A stretch of 64,000 nt of DNA from Tubiluchus corallicola (Eukaryota; Animalia; Priapulida), in NCBI GenBank assembly GCA_030141605.1, contig JAQGDQ010000161.1:248001-312000 (forward strand), read 5' to 3'. This document shows positions 1-13,513 of this stretch, one piece after another. Made by a program: the position numbers and the translations under genes. The notes under the pieces are model-generated. The model was not told the origin of the DNA and did no database searches. It was given only the letters and a program-made list of their open reading frames with translations. Within the stretch, counting starts at the first letter, position 1, and each line of letters opens with the position of its first letter.

Positions 1-225
1 CCATTGTATACAGTCGGGCCCCCCTAATTTTTCTTGCTGCACGACGCCCCTGTACGTCGCGTACCAGAAAGTGGTTACTTTAGATGGATCGCCATAGGAT
101 TGAACCAAAAATATAAACGCAGGATTGCACAAGTGTAAATTGATGTCGTGTAATCCACTTTTATTTTATATCTTATTGTTTTAGCTCACTGTATGCAGTT
201 CATTTTGAGTCAAATGCGATTAACT

Positions 226-448
<223 letters not shown>

Positions 449-1384
449 TTGGTAATCAAATAAACGAATACATAAAATTAAGTATAGTGCAAGTTTTGAG
501 TCACAAACAAATGCATTTATTCACAAAGAACGAAAAAGCCTCAAAAATGAAAAAGGTTTCAGTCAGCTCTTGTGCAATAACAATTAATTTTGGTTGTTTG
601 TGCCATTCGCATGTATTATTATATAAATGATGTAGAAATGTTGTAGAAAGTGATGATTATGTATATGATTTGCCAAACAGACAGGTAGCGGTAGGCTGAA
701 AATACAATAGGGTGAAGTATACACAGAAAACGTAGGTAAATATTTGCAGTTTATTATAATAATATTTAACCAGCTTAATGAGAATGAGCTAAACGCTAAA
801 ATTTCTCACACAGGTCTAATGATGTTATGATTCAATTTCGTGCAAGCAAAATAAAGACAATTTGATTGGCAAACAGCGACAATAAATTATTCTTTGTTTA
901 GTTGCCGAACGAATCATTATGTTGAAATACAAACTGATATTTAAGACAAAAAAATCGATGTATTATTATCAGAATTACAGCCCGTATAGCAAGCAATTAC
1001 TAGCAACAGTCGAAAAACAGGTCAGACAAAATCTTGCCTGTACAAAGAACGTTTTTTCAGAGAAGATGTCTAATATATCACCAAAAGATAATTATAATGA
1101 ATATAATTATAGGACAACAAATCGCGAAATGTAACAGCATATGATGATACATACTCTGTATGCGAACAATATTAAAGACGAACTAGCTTAGCTTCCAATC
1201 CTAAAGGGTTATTAAGTGAAATGTTTGTGGAGAATAAAGGTTAATAAATAGAGATAAAACTGTAAGAGACAGAAGATTTTGCTATAGCAACATTTTAATT
1301 AGTTCTTTAAGAGATGTATTAAATGTGATTAGACAGAATTAATAAATCTCATGCTTTACATTAAAGGACAATTAGGCTCATGGT

Positions 1385-1461
1385 AAAATTGCTACAGAAA
1401 GACTTGAACCCGAGACCATTGGATTACGCGAACTTGCTCTAGCCCTCTGAGCTATGTACCC
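1385..1461 (-). mobile_element. tRNA-derived SINE head / tRNA pseudogene
   Basis: Reverse complement GGGTACATAGCTCAGAGGGCTAGAGC...GGTCTCGGGTTCAAGTC has A- and B-box-like motifs but poor stems. Confidence 0.55.
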
Positions 1462-1496
1462 ATAAAGAGAAAGCTTACAGGTCTTTAGTAACACAT

Positions 1497-1548
<52 letters not shown>

Positions 1549-1584
1549 CAAGCAAGCAAGCAAACAAGCAAGCGTGTATGTATG

Positions 1585-1618
<34 letters not shown>

Positions 1619-1850
1619 TGTATGTATGTATGTATGTATGTATGTATGTATGTATGTATGTATGTATGTATGTATGTATGTATGTATGTATGTATGTATG
1701 TATGTATGTATGTATGTATGTATGTATGTATCTATGTATGTATGTATGTAGGTATGTATGTATGTATGTATGTATGTATGTATGTATGTATATATGTGTG
1801 TAAGTAGGAAGGTAGGTAGGCAAGTAACTAACTAAGCATGCAAGCAAGCA
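1497..1850. repeat. Compound (TAAG)n-(CAAG)n-(TATG)n microsatellite
   Basis: Seen directly. Confidence 0.97.
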
Positions 1851-1947
1851 TTCAAGAAAGCAAGATGTTTATTTCAAGCCAGTGGCTCATATTAACAGAC
1901 AATTCACAAAATTTATTAAAACTTACACATGAAAAATTGTAACTTAC

Positions 1948-2034
1948 CTTATCCCTAGGCTGCCATATATCCAGCTCCGTGGATAAGCTTGCTCCAGCTT
2001 TTGAGTTGGACCTTCCTGATCTGCCAGACGCCAT
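1948..2034 (-). CDS. Probable first coding exon (MASGRSGRSNSKAGASLSTELDIWQPRDK) of an unidentified gene continuing leftwards, probably off the window
   Basis: ATG in good context (AATATGG), 29 open codons, then a perfect donor AAG|GTAAGT at 1947-1946. Candidate upstream acceptor near 2378 and donor near 2530 suggest 5'UTR exons. No homology recognised. Confidence 0.5.
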
Positions 2035-4733
2035 ATTATTATATGTGACTACTAGCACTGCACTTCGTGAAACTGGTGATTGTCTCTTAGGAGAAAAGCA
2101 TCTCTTATCTCATAGTGATGAGACACTGATAAAAGCGTTTACTGTAATTAATAACCGTAAGCCCACTAACATTATATACTTTATCGAGACTTTTCTATAG
2201 TAGGCTTAATCATTTCAGAATTTTTCACCACACTAAGACAATATTTAACGTTCTTTTGTTCTTTTCAAGACGTAGCGTGTTTATTTTCATTTCTCCATGT
2301 TCCGCAACATTACCATATTGTTGGACGAGTGAAATTCTGCGTAGCGCTGCATCTCAAATTTGCATTTAGATGCCGATCTGAAAAAGACGTAATTTCTTTT
2401 GAACGTAATCCAGCTTTTAACATGCAAACGACAAAGCAATGATCTGAGTTAATCACGGTGTTATTGGTAGGATCACCGCATTGAAATTCAGCTCACAGCC
2501 GAACATAATTCAGTTTTACTATTGGCTTACTTATTTGCTTGTTCATACTGACTTGCAGGGATTCTGTATCCGTTGGCTTTTGTCTATGAATTTTTGCGTG
2601 GTTGTATAATGTTTGCCTGTAGGGTTTCATTGTGAATCAGCTCGCTGCAGCAGGCTTATTAGCATAGTACGGCTTGCTAGATTGCTATCTACACTCTTCA
2701 TTGGCTAGCTGGTCTCATGAGCTCGTACCTCAGTTTTTGACACTTAAACGGCTACAATGTATATGTACAATGTATGTGGACATTTGAAAGTGGCTGACAC
2801 CTACGCCTGTTTAATAAGTCCTATTGGGGCATCTCTTTCACAATGAGTTATATTATGGAGGATAATTGTTAGAATATGGAGTATCACTGATTTTACGCAG
2901 TGCGATTTTAAAACAAAAACTGTAATGTTTGTCACATTGGCCGTTCTATAAGATTTAAGATTCCAACACCGCCCGATATAGATTGTTTTTAAAGTCAGTC
3001 AAAGTCTCCAATTTACAAATGTAAAACACCGCAAGCAGTAGTGTCTCGAAATGTATGCACACGTAATACATAGCGAGTGCACCGTGGAAGAAATCCTATG
3101 AATATCTAACAGAAATCTAGAAAAATCGAGCAAGTGCTGTGCATTTGAAATCTTTGTCTGCTAAACAGGAAAAACCAGAGATAATAAATAGCGAGTGCGC
3201 TGCCATCCGCTCTGTCAAATTAACTTTATCCAAAAAGTTAATTTTTCACAAGTTCATTAGGTTAAACACGACCTAAAGACGCAAACCAAATTATTGTAAC
3301 CCTGTATTGCGTTCCCTGTTCATTAGGCCTATCAATCAGAAAATATAATGTAATTGACGAGACGTCTTACGATGCGCCAAGCACATTTATAAAGATAAGG
3401 AAGTCAAAACGAGTGTAATAAATGATTGTCATTCGGCTCAGATGCTCGGGTTCATTGCTTGGAATATGTTTTCCTGTAGTTGATGTACTTCCAGAAATTT
3501 TATCGCTGTCGCGACTTGGAAAGAGATCGTTTTAACGCGCATCGCGTCGCTAAGTGTGCGAACAATCGCTACCGGTAAGCGTCAAACTGACATCTGAATC
3601 GCTCAGCCGAAACAGCCGAAGTAACAACAACGAGAACAACAACATCAGCAGTAGCAGCAACAGCAACTACATAACACCAACAGCAACAATAATTAATTGA
3701 AAGTTGTCTTTTTCTGTCTCTTTGTCTTAACGTCTCTTATTTGTTGTTGTTGTTGTGGTCGTTGCTGTTGGTGCTGCTCCTGCAGCTGATGTTGTTGTTG
3801 TTGTTGATTTTGTTGTTATTGTTGTTGTTGTTGTTGTTGTTTCGGATGTTTGCTCGGTTGTTCGATTCAGATGTTAATTTGACGCTTAAAAATTGCCTTT
3901 TCTCTCTCTTTAACTTTACTCTTTACAGCAATTTGCAACAACAGCAGCAGCGATGACGACGACGGCGACAGCAACAACAACAACTACAACAACATCAAGT
4001 TAGAAGATACTAATTAACATTTGAAATGATTTTAAGACTGAATTTTTTGCGGTTTTTGTGAAGTTCAACTTAATCCAAACAGAAATAATATTATGTTGAC
4101 TCAATCAGCGTTGACCTTAAAGTAGCAAAAGTAGTTTAGATTCCGCTAATTCCCGGAACCAGATTCCATAAGCAGTTTCAAAGTCGTAAAGTTTTATTTT
4201 TTATGTAGTACCTTGAGGAGTTTTACTCACTTTCTGAACTGCAAATCAAAACGTTTGATCTTAAAACAATATCAAATTTTAAGAACAAAGTTAACAACGT
4301 TATAATTTAAAATTGAAAGTTAATTTATTTGATGGCTGGGACTTTTGATTAGACAGCATTCATGAACTTAACAGATTTTATCGGCAAAATTCAAAATTAA
4401 AATACTAATTGCTTAAAAACAAACTGCTGTGGTAGTATTTTCATTTAGTTGGATTAAGCCCAGCTAAAGCTATTCTAGTTCATTTAATTATTAACACCGT
4501 ATCGCACTTTGTGTAATTGCATTCCCATAACAGATATATTACACTGTATTATGTCGGGTCAGCATTATGTGAAAGCTTTATTGGGTTTCAGCTAGTTAGT
4601 CAAGCAAGGAAACTGAGCTCACGAGTACGGTAATAATATTACGTCATTATTTTATGTTGCAATCGAATTATAATTTCTATTTCCGTAAAACATAAAATAA
4701 AAATAAGCGAAACATATTGTACGCAGCTGTATG

Positions 4734-5041
4734 TAGGACCGGATTATCGAATAGGCTAGAATAGGCTACAGCCTAGGGCCCCTCATGCTTGAGGCCCTCA
4801 AACTTTGGTGACATTTGGTAAAAAATTGGTTTTTCACTACGAAAATAGTAAAATAATCGTATTTCTTAAAGAATGTTTTTATTGACAAACAAAGGATAAC
4901 TATTCTAGTATATTTAAAGAATTTCAATAAGTTTATAAAAAATATTCAAGACGGGTACGCGAGAGTTAAAGGGTGGCTCCGCCTGAGGAGGCCCATAATT
5001 TTTGTATCCTAGAAGCCCCAAAAGGCCATAATTCGGCCCTG
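4734..5041. mobile_element. hAT-like MITE
   Basis: TAGGACCGGATTAT...ATAATTCGGCCCTG imperfect TIR; 8-bp flanks GCTGTATG/GCTTTACG (6/8). Confidence 0.7.
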
Positions 5042-7006
5042 GCTTTACGGCCGTGGTTTTACGCAAATTGACACATGATTTCAATACTCAGATTCTACGC
5101 TATATAAGTTGCGCCAGTTTTGCATCTATGTTACTGTTCCACTTGCATTGCACTTTACATACTCCAGTTCAAGCCATCTAGCAGAATCTTCGGTTTATGT
5201 CTTAGTCTAATTTATCATTATTTCAGCGAGAGTGCAAAAATTCTGTTTCTAACTACTGTCAAGTAGATTTAGCACAAGCACAACTGTAACAGACACATTG
5301 TTTCGACAGCAACTGTCAGTATCAATGCTAGAAATCAAGGCAAAACAAATAATTAATACATTTATGATACTACAAGCAAGGCACAAAATATAGTTACAAA
5401 GTCAAAAGAGTGAAAATAAATTATTAGAATACTAGTGGAAATAACTGGAAAGGTTCATAAAGAAAAAAAAATGTAGTTGTCATCTTTTGTCTGAAGATTG
5501 TTCTGCACTCATGCATTGTGTTTTACTCAGACTGCTGTCAAGGGTGGTCCGTCCTCTTGCATACAACGTGTTTTTTCAGACATCACTTAGTTGCAAACGT
5601 TTCTTTTGTCTTTTGTCTAGATATCGGTTGTAATTCTTAGAGCGAAAAGTTACTGATCGCTCTAGACCACACGACTACGCACGCAAAATAGCTTCAAGCC
5701 CCGCGTGTCATGTAAAGAACAATGTAAGCAACAATAACAATGTAATTGAACAATGGTGCTGCAGCTCATCAAAACACTCAAATGAAAAATCACTATTCTA
5801 TTTTTTTTCTTATTTACCTAGAGTTTTTGATGGAGAAGTTGTTCCAAAAAATGCCTTGTACAACTACCATACCTTTACTAATATTCTTACCTAATGACCA
5901 GAAGAATGACGTTTTACACAACACTGAAAAAGTATTTTATTGATTGATATTTCCGACTATTACAATTAATTACAATATAATGGAATCAATGTGTAGAAGC
6001 CGAAAGTGGTTTTGTTATTTGTTGCAACTTAAACTACTAGCTAATTTGTAATTGAACAATTTCCAGCATTCGAATGACATTGTCGAGGCAGTTCGAAAAC
6101 TCTCAATCACATCATGGTGAAGCGATCAATTGTACAACGAGCAGTCTAATGTGGATGAGTGTATGGGTTAATGAGAGCCACTTATACAGATTCTATTTGC
6201 ACTCACTTCACGATAAGGTCAGGAGTTTAAGTCTATTAATTCGTACAATTGGTTACGCGAACGTTGTAGATTCAGCAATGTCGACTTTCACGCTAATATA
6301 AGCAGTGATACATGCTTTACGTATCTTATGAAAAAGGATAGACCATATGTTACCCATCCGTTTTTGATATTAAGCGATAGAATTGCCTAGAAGTGAAATC
6401 ATGCAAAGTTATTCCATTAGTGTGTTTAAGAAATAAATTGGAATTTATTGAACCTCATGAATGTGATAACTTTGAAAACTTATTCACAGTAATAGATACT
6501 CATTTATTTATTTTGTTCATCTATATAAATCAGCAATATTTATCAAAGTTGTAACTGAACAGCGCAAATAACGTGTCAATCGTTAATTGTATTAGAAAAT
6601 AAGAAAATAAAATAACTTCAGCATGAAATGTAATTCTACATTTTCACTATATATTGAACTAGCTAGATCCACCGCGCCTTCGGATATTATTCTAGGCGCC
6701 AATTTGGCCGCCATATTGGAGCAGGAGCGATGGCCTAAATCGACATTCTCCTAAAAGCTTGCAGGGGGTCATGCCGGTGTATAAGGTCATGTAACACCTA
6801 TGTGTGATGCAATCTATAACGCATCGTAAAAATGTAACGTAATGTAATTGTAGATAAGTGATATTAAAATTAGTCTGTTTATGCAAAATAAGGAAAGTTA
6901 AAGAGGGGGATTTTTTACTTCGTGAGGAACTTTTCTTGAAACTTTGTGTAATACTATGTAGACCTTAAATAGTTTTTCAGTTCAGTGAATAAATAAATTT
7001 ACCATT

Positions 7007-7186
7007 TTACTTGCTTACTCACTCACTCACTCACTTACACACACACACACACACACATGCTCACTCACACACTCACTCACTCACTTGGTCTCTCATCCGC
7101 ACACTCATGCATGCACCCACGCACGCACTCATTACTTACTTACTTACTTACTAACTTACTAACTTACTAACTTGCTTGCTTGCTTG

Positions 7187-7218
<32 letters not shown>

Positions 7219-7247
7219 TTTATTTAATTAATTATTTAATTAATTAA
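7007..7247. repeat. Compound (ACTC)n/(AC)n/(ACTT)n microsatellite
   Basis: Seen directly. Confidence 0.9.
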
Positions 7248-8865
7248 TGTGCTATTAAAGAATTCGATGTCCGTCCGGATTCAATGCTATAACATGGCGT
7301 GGTAAAAAATTATGTAATGTCGTTAGTTTATTTTATAAGGTCTTCATCGATTTTTCAATGTACTTGATTTAAAGTACCCCTTTATCGGAGCAGTTTAGTC
7401 TTGGTCTCTTAATCACTAATTTCAACACGACAATTAAGTACTGATAACAACACTCACTAACACCAAGGCAGTATTCTTGCAATCACAGTTGATTTTGTCG
7501 ATTTGCAAACAAATCTTATTACGTTTCAATATTTGTACAGGCTGATAGATGGAACGCAATATTTTAACTAATTGTAATTTATTACACTTTTAACTTCGAC
7601 TCTATTCAATTATAGCAAGCGATCAATATTTTTCGCAATACACTTGATGGTTTTAGGCAAAAAGTTTTACACTTTCACAGTAATTGCGAAAACCTTTTGG
7701 GTTACGCCAATAGAAAATTTGCTTTTAGAAGTCGACTTAATCAGAGTTTGTATTAACTTGAATAGGTTAAATTCTTAACTATTATATTGAGACACTTTTT
7801 ACCGTTTACATTGCTTTAGTGAACACACCCTATTGTGTGGGTTTGCCTGTGTAGTTTTTTATCTATTTGCAGGGTCGGCTCCACATAGCTTGTCGCCTTG
7901 GCCAGAAGCATTTTTGGCACTCCTCCTCAATGGTCAATCCCTTATCCCATGGTCAGCACCATGCCCTCAAAATTTAATTTTTCTTGTATAATATTATAAT
8001 AAAGTATGACGGGCAAATGTATTACGCTTATGCATGTAGTATAATGTGCTAATTAAGTGTAATTAATTACCTATTTACAGTTTATGTGGACTGAATTATT
8101 TATGCTTATGACCCCACTGTATGTCCTGGGTCTTCAGAAGCAATCGAAATTTATACAATTTTCCTACATTTGGCTAGATTTTCCAGCGGCCTTTTCATCA
8201 GTAATATTTTGAAATTCTAATTCTTTTTCACGCATACGTCCATTTTACTAGTTTCATCATCCCCAAAGTCATAACTTTGGTCTACTTCCAAATACTTCAT
8301 TAGAGATTTTTTTGCTGTTCACTTGTCGCCACTTGCTAGCTTGTTCTACCTTTCGCTCCTGAAGACTTATTTTTATAGGTTTACCTGCCATAATTAGATA
8401 AATACTATTGTACGAAACTCTCTGGTAACGGAAGGATCGTTACTATAAAAGCACTTCCTTATAATGACTATAATATATATATATAGAAAGTGCTTATATA
8501 TATATTTGCAGGCCAAAATTTACAGCGTTAATTACCATACCAATTAAATAATGCATCGAAATAGTTAAAATCAATTTAACAATATACCATGTACCACAAT
8601 AACAATATTATCCAATAACGGAATAATAAAGATTATAAGAAGCTATAGATTTTATAACGCAAAATAATAAATATACAGCAATATAAACAAGGCAATAAAA
8701 GAAATTTTGTATGCATTATCCGTAAGATTAAGTAGGTCTAAGATATGTGCACAATGTAAGCATCAGTAATTACGTTAACAAAAGCATCAATCAAGTTCGT
8801 ATCTTGCTGGACAAATATTGGGCAAATTGTTTGGTTCCTAGTGCAAATTTAAAACAAATCAAGTT

Positions 8866-8952
8866 TTTCGACGAATTCAAATCAAAATTAAAAAACATAC
8901 ATTAAGTTCGTTTCGACGAATTCAAATCAAAATTAAAAATACATACATTAAA
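8866..8952. repeat. Two-copy tandem duplication (about 45 bp)
   Basis: TTTCGACGAATTCAAATCAAAATTAAAAA(T)ACATACATTAA occurs twice. Confidence 0.85.
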
Positions 8953-9676
8953 TCGTTTTGAAAACCCAACATACGTAAACGATAATATATATTCATCCAC
9001 AAATTTTATTTACCCACGTCCATTTTAAATTATATGTATATATTGTATATAGTCTATTATAATTTCCGTGTAATATTATAATGTATATTTTGTTTTAAAT
9101 TTTTGACACAGTAGTTTTTAGTTTGCACTGGACGCATTTGCCTTTAACAGTTGTGTGAATTTTATTCTCATGCTGCGATGTTCTTTTATGCTTTTATAGT
9201 TATGAATATCGATTTTTTATGGCAAATAAAGATTATTACATATATATATATGTGTGTGAATGAAAGCAAACATAGACCAATTCGTGATTAATCGACCTGG
9301 CAGTAAATAAACACCAAGCTTTTGGCTAATTTATCACAATAATAAGAATTGTAATTTCTTACCCGTTTTACCTAGTGTTACAATTACGTAACTACAAAAG
9401 GAAATTTCCAGAAGTTCCAAAACAGCTTTCTTGTTGAAAACGATAAAGTACCAATTACACATTGCCCAGCACAACAGTGAAATGCTCATATGTAAGACTA
9501 AGCCTAAGTAAAAGAGGAACTTATTCAGTAAACACATACACATTTTTGCAAAAGTTACTGATGCAAATATTTGCACATTTGACCTACCCACATTCCTCCA
9601 ATGTTTGTAGCTTTTAAACAGAGTTGCACGATGTCGTAGTTTGATCTTATATCGTAGTTTATCTTAGTTGAATCTA

Positions 9677-9875
9677 GGTAATAAAGGCACAGGTAAAAAG
9701 CCACAGGTAAAAAAGTCACAGAAAAAGTTACAGGAAAGCAAGGCATAGGAGAAGAAATAATCCTAACCCTAACCCTAGTCCAAATCCTAAATCTAATCCT
9801 AACCTTAACCCTAACCGTAGCCAAAATTAGTTGTGACTGTTTTCCGTGACTTTTTTCCTGTGTGACTTTATTACC
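9677..9875. mobile_element. Inverted-repeat element with internal degenerate (CCCTAA)n
   Basis: GGTAATAAAGGCACA...TGTGACTTTATTACC inverted ends, repeated AAAAGTCACAGG-like units, about 9 telomere-like hexamers at 9762-9817. Confidence 0.7.
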
Positions 9876-10664
9876 GATCATCATCTTATTCGCCCAAGAA
9901 AGTGCTACACAATAATAGTTTACAGCTATTGAAAGAGCCATGAACAATATAATTTTAACTGTTCGCTCAAAGCAATTTAAAAACATATTGAATTTTGTCA
10001 TTCTAAATGACTAGGTAATTGATAGGCAATTGGTTAATTGACAGACAAATGGTTTCGATTATGTATATTCGAAACACAAGGTAGACACTACGCAAAAATC
10101 TGTCTGCGTGTTTGAGACAGATTTCTGCTAGTCTGCTGGCCGCTCGATGCGCCATTTTACCAACTTTGAAGCATACAAATAAGACAAAACTAGATCAGAC
10201 CTATAAAAAGTAATGGTTTAGTCACGTGCAATCTATAATACATGTTTACTGGGGTTACACATGATACGTGACGGTTTGCTACATGCAAAAGTTAACCGAA
10301 TGCGTTAATAAGATAGATAAGACTGTCACTTCTGATTGCAATTCGTTCGTAAGTTTTTCTCTGTAGTACTGCGCGCAAGTCTGCCACGGGTATTCTTAAT
10401 CGAGAGTAACTTTTGCTGAAAATCAGCCAATCGTTAGTAAGCAAGATAGATGAGAATTAATTCTCAATATCGCAGGGATCTAAAGTATGTACATGTTCTT
10501 GTAAAGGTAAGAAATAAATAGAATATGTATGTATCGGCGGTGTACACCATAGCATGGCACTGTAACCATTTGCCAGGGCCCCGGCACAGAACAATTTATT
10601 AAATCAAAATATAACTGAAACAATAGAGAATCTTCCACGCCCTCAATATTTGTTTAGTGAAAAA

Positions 10665-11062
10665 GCTCCGCGTGTCTCGCACAATTTGCAATCTTGACCT
10701 GAAATGCGAGACTGTTTTTTATTGAATTGAATGACCTGAAAATCCATGAATCCTTAACGACGTCGGCCACACTGGAGGCTGTAGCCATCCCGAAAACGGA
10801 TTAAGATTATTTAGGTTAAGGTGGCTCGTTGAGATGATCCACGAGCATGCCGTTCATCGGTAATTACCACACAATAAAGTGAGACTCCTCCAAAAATTAT
10901 GGAGAGTCTTGAATTTTGAGTCGCTACAATCATATCCTTGAAATATCCCTTTTGTATTTTGTTGTGAGTTGTTTGTACTCTGTGCATGCGAAATAAAACA
11001 ATTTAAATGTTTAAATGTTAAATCTTAAATCAAGATTGCAGGCTGTGTGAGACGCGCGAGCC
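10665..11062. mobile_element. MITE-like element with about 33-bp imperfect TIRs
   Basis: GCTCCGCGTGTCTCGCACAATTTGCAATCTTGA versus TCAAGATTGCAGGCTGTGTGAGACGCGCGAGC. Confidence 0.6.
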
Positions 11063-11892
11063 TTATATGCTAATTTTTTTCAGCAAACGGTTCTGTACCA
11101 CCCTGTCACTGTGCGTGCGTAACACAATTTGATTAAAACTATTATAATGTCATTTCATGTGTCGACTCTACACTCACTAATCTAGTTTATTGAAAATCGA
11201 TTACTATCAACTTACATCTAAGTTCATGCAAATTAACAATTAAATGCTTGAATTGCCATCAGAATTTTTTTAACATATCGATTTTGCTAATTAAAAAAAC
11301 TGCGTTACGTCCATAATGCTTCATCTTCTGCATGTCAGATTTCACTTTTTGACTGGTTTTTTATTATTATCAAAACAGTAATACATGGTTGAATTATACA
11401 TGCTCGCTTAGCAAGAATTACAGCAAACCATGCAGGTAAATAGTGCTAAAAAGCGAAAAATGCCAAATTTTCAATATTTGTGAGGATTGCAAGCTAGTTT
11501 AATCATTTTATCGAGTGACAAAACGCGATTGAAAAACAAAATTCGAGATAACTTTATTGCCATGTTTCCCAAGCACGCATACAAAGACCTAGACAGAGAA
11601 GCAGACACAGACATGGATACCGACATGAATATAGACAAAGGGTCAATATAGTATAAGGTTGCTAGAGTCGATTAGTCAACTGCAAACCTCTGCTAACTCG
11701 GATACTAAGAACCGTCTAGGTTTCTTTTTGTAAGATGTTCTTCTTACGCATGAGCCCACGAATATATTAACCCAGATCTGATACATTGGTCGTCATTGCA
11801 ATACGCTGATGGAAAACTGCCTTATAATTTATGCATAGATTTATGTTGATGGTAATGGTTACATTACGGCTGAAAGTAATACTGTCTGTATT

Positions 11893-11913
11893 ATTATCAT
11901 CATCATCATCACT

Positions 11914-11996
<83 letters not shown>

Positions 11997-12032
11997 TCAT
12001 CATCATCATCATCATCATCATCGTCATCATCA
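11893..12032. repeat. (ATC)n microsatellite
   Basis: Seen directly. Confidence 0.97.
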
Positions 12033-12579
12033 TGAGCAGCAGCAGCAATAAATTTCTTGTTTACCTAATTTCAGACAAATCTTTAATCTCTGTGAATGCG
12101 GATGCTGGACCTGGTTAGCAAATAGATGTGTAACCAGTATTTCACTTGCTATGCTGCTTCAGGCATTTACCTTGTTGAGGAAGCATGTATATTCATTCGA
12201 ACATGACTACAAAAACACCACAGCTAGTCCAGTGTCTCACCTTAGAAGATTATTATTGGTAAAAAGCCATATCCCAGTCGTCTCTTGACCATTCTGCAGG
12301 CCCTATCATTGAGTGGTGAGCTTGGCTTGCAAGGTTCGATCCGCACAAAAACTGTATAAATAATATTATGTGACGAGGTACGCACAATAATGTCGCAATA
12401 ATTATCTGGTTTTAGTACGTCCACACGCTGGCTTCTGTTTAGAAATAAATTTCAGTGGCTATTTTTGATCAGCGTTATCTCGGCAAAGCTGTGCAAAGAC
12501 TCAAGTCAGCCGATGTAATCCTCGATATATTAGCCACGTTAAATTACCGGCGACGCGGGTTTTAGTTTTTGTCTGTAAG

Positions 12580-13513
12580 CATAGGCGTATGGGAGGGGAA
12601 TTTTACGAGGGGGTGTAAGGAATTTGCCCTGAGAATTTTCTAAATTGCCCTAATTTGGGGGGAAGCAATCATCTCCTAACGCCCATAGCAATCGCAATAG
12701 TGTAGCTTATAAATGCAATAAGTCCAAATTATATAATAACCTTTACTAACAAATCACGATCCTAACAAAAGACACAAAGCCAAAGAGACAGACACAATGC
12801 TTCTTCTGATGTTTCAGAAATTCAAAAGAAATAATGATGACGTATGGCGGTATTATATATATATATATAATATATATCTTATATATATATATTATATTAT
12901 ATTATATTATATTATATTATATTATATTATATTATATTATATTATATTATATTATATTATATTATATTATATTATATTATATTATATTATATTATATTAT
13001 ATTATATTATATTATATTATATTATATTATATTATATTATAATATATTATATTATATTATATTATATTATATTATATTATATTATATTATATTATATTAT
13101 ATTATATTATATTATATTATATATATATATATATATATCTTTATATATCATCTTTATTCGCATTGTAATTTTTGAGAAACAAGTTCAATGCATTTATTAG
13201 TAACAACTTGTCTATGTTTTCCTTTTTGCAAATATGCCTATAACTTTGTCGTCATAGGGAAATATTTACTTAACAAGCGTAAAAAGGACTTATGAGGTTT
13301 AGTGAACTAAAATTGTTAGCAAACACTATTAGAACTTTACATACGAGAAACACTTTAATTGCAGCCAGTGAAACGAGATAGGTCCAATCAGTACCTACGC
13401 AATTTTTGAATACTGTATTGAAAACTTAAAAGCTTTTGTCCTGAAAGGGTATAATTCGTTTGTCCTGGGAGGGCAACCGCGTCCTCTCTGACCTTCCGCC
13501 TCGTGCGCCTATG
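12580..13513. mobile_element. hAT-like MITE containing an (ATATT)n expansion
   Basis: TIR CATAGGCG...CGCCTATG; flanks TCTGTAAG/CTAGTAAG. Confidence 0.6.
12853..13138. repeat. (ATATT)n/(AT)n microsatellite
   Basis: Seen directly. Confidence 0.97.

Noticed and set aside
1385-1461. Genuine tRNA gene (also the relics at 18480, 24440, 34540 and 43850)
   Set aside because: A/B boxes are present but acceptor and anticodon stems do not pair; better explained as SINE heads.
9762-9817. True telomere or chromosome-fusion scar
   Set aside because: Short, degenerate, single orientation and enclosed within an inverted-repeat element.
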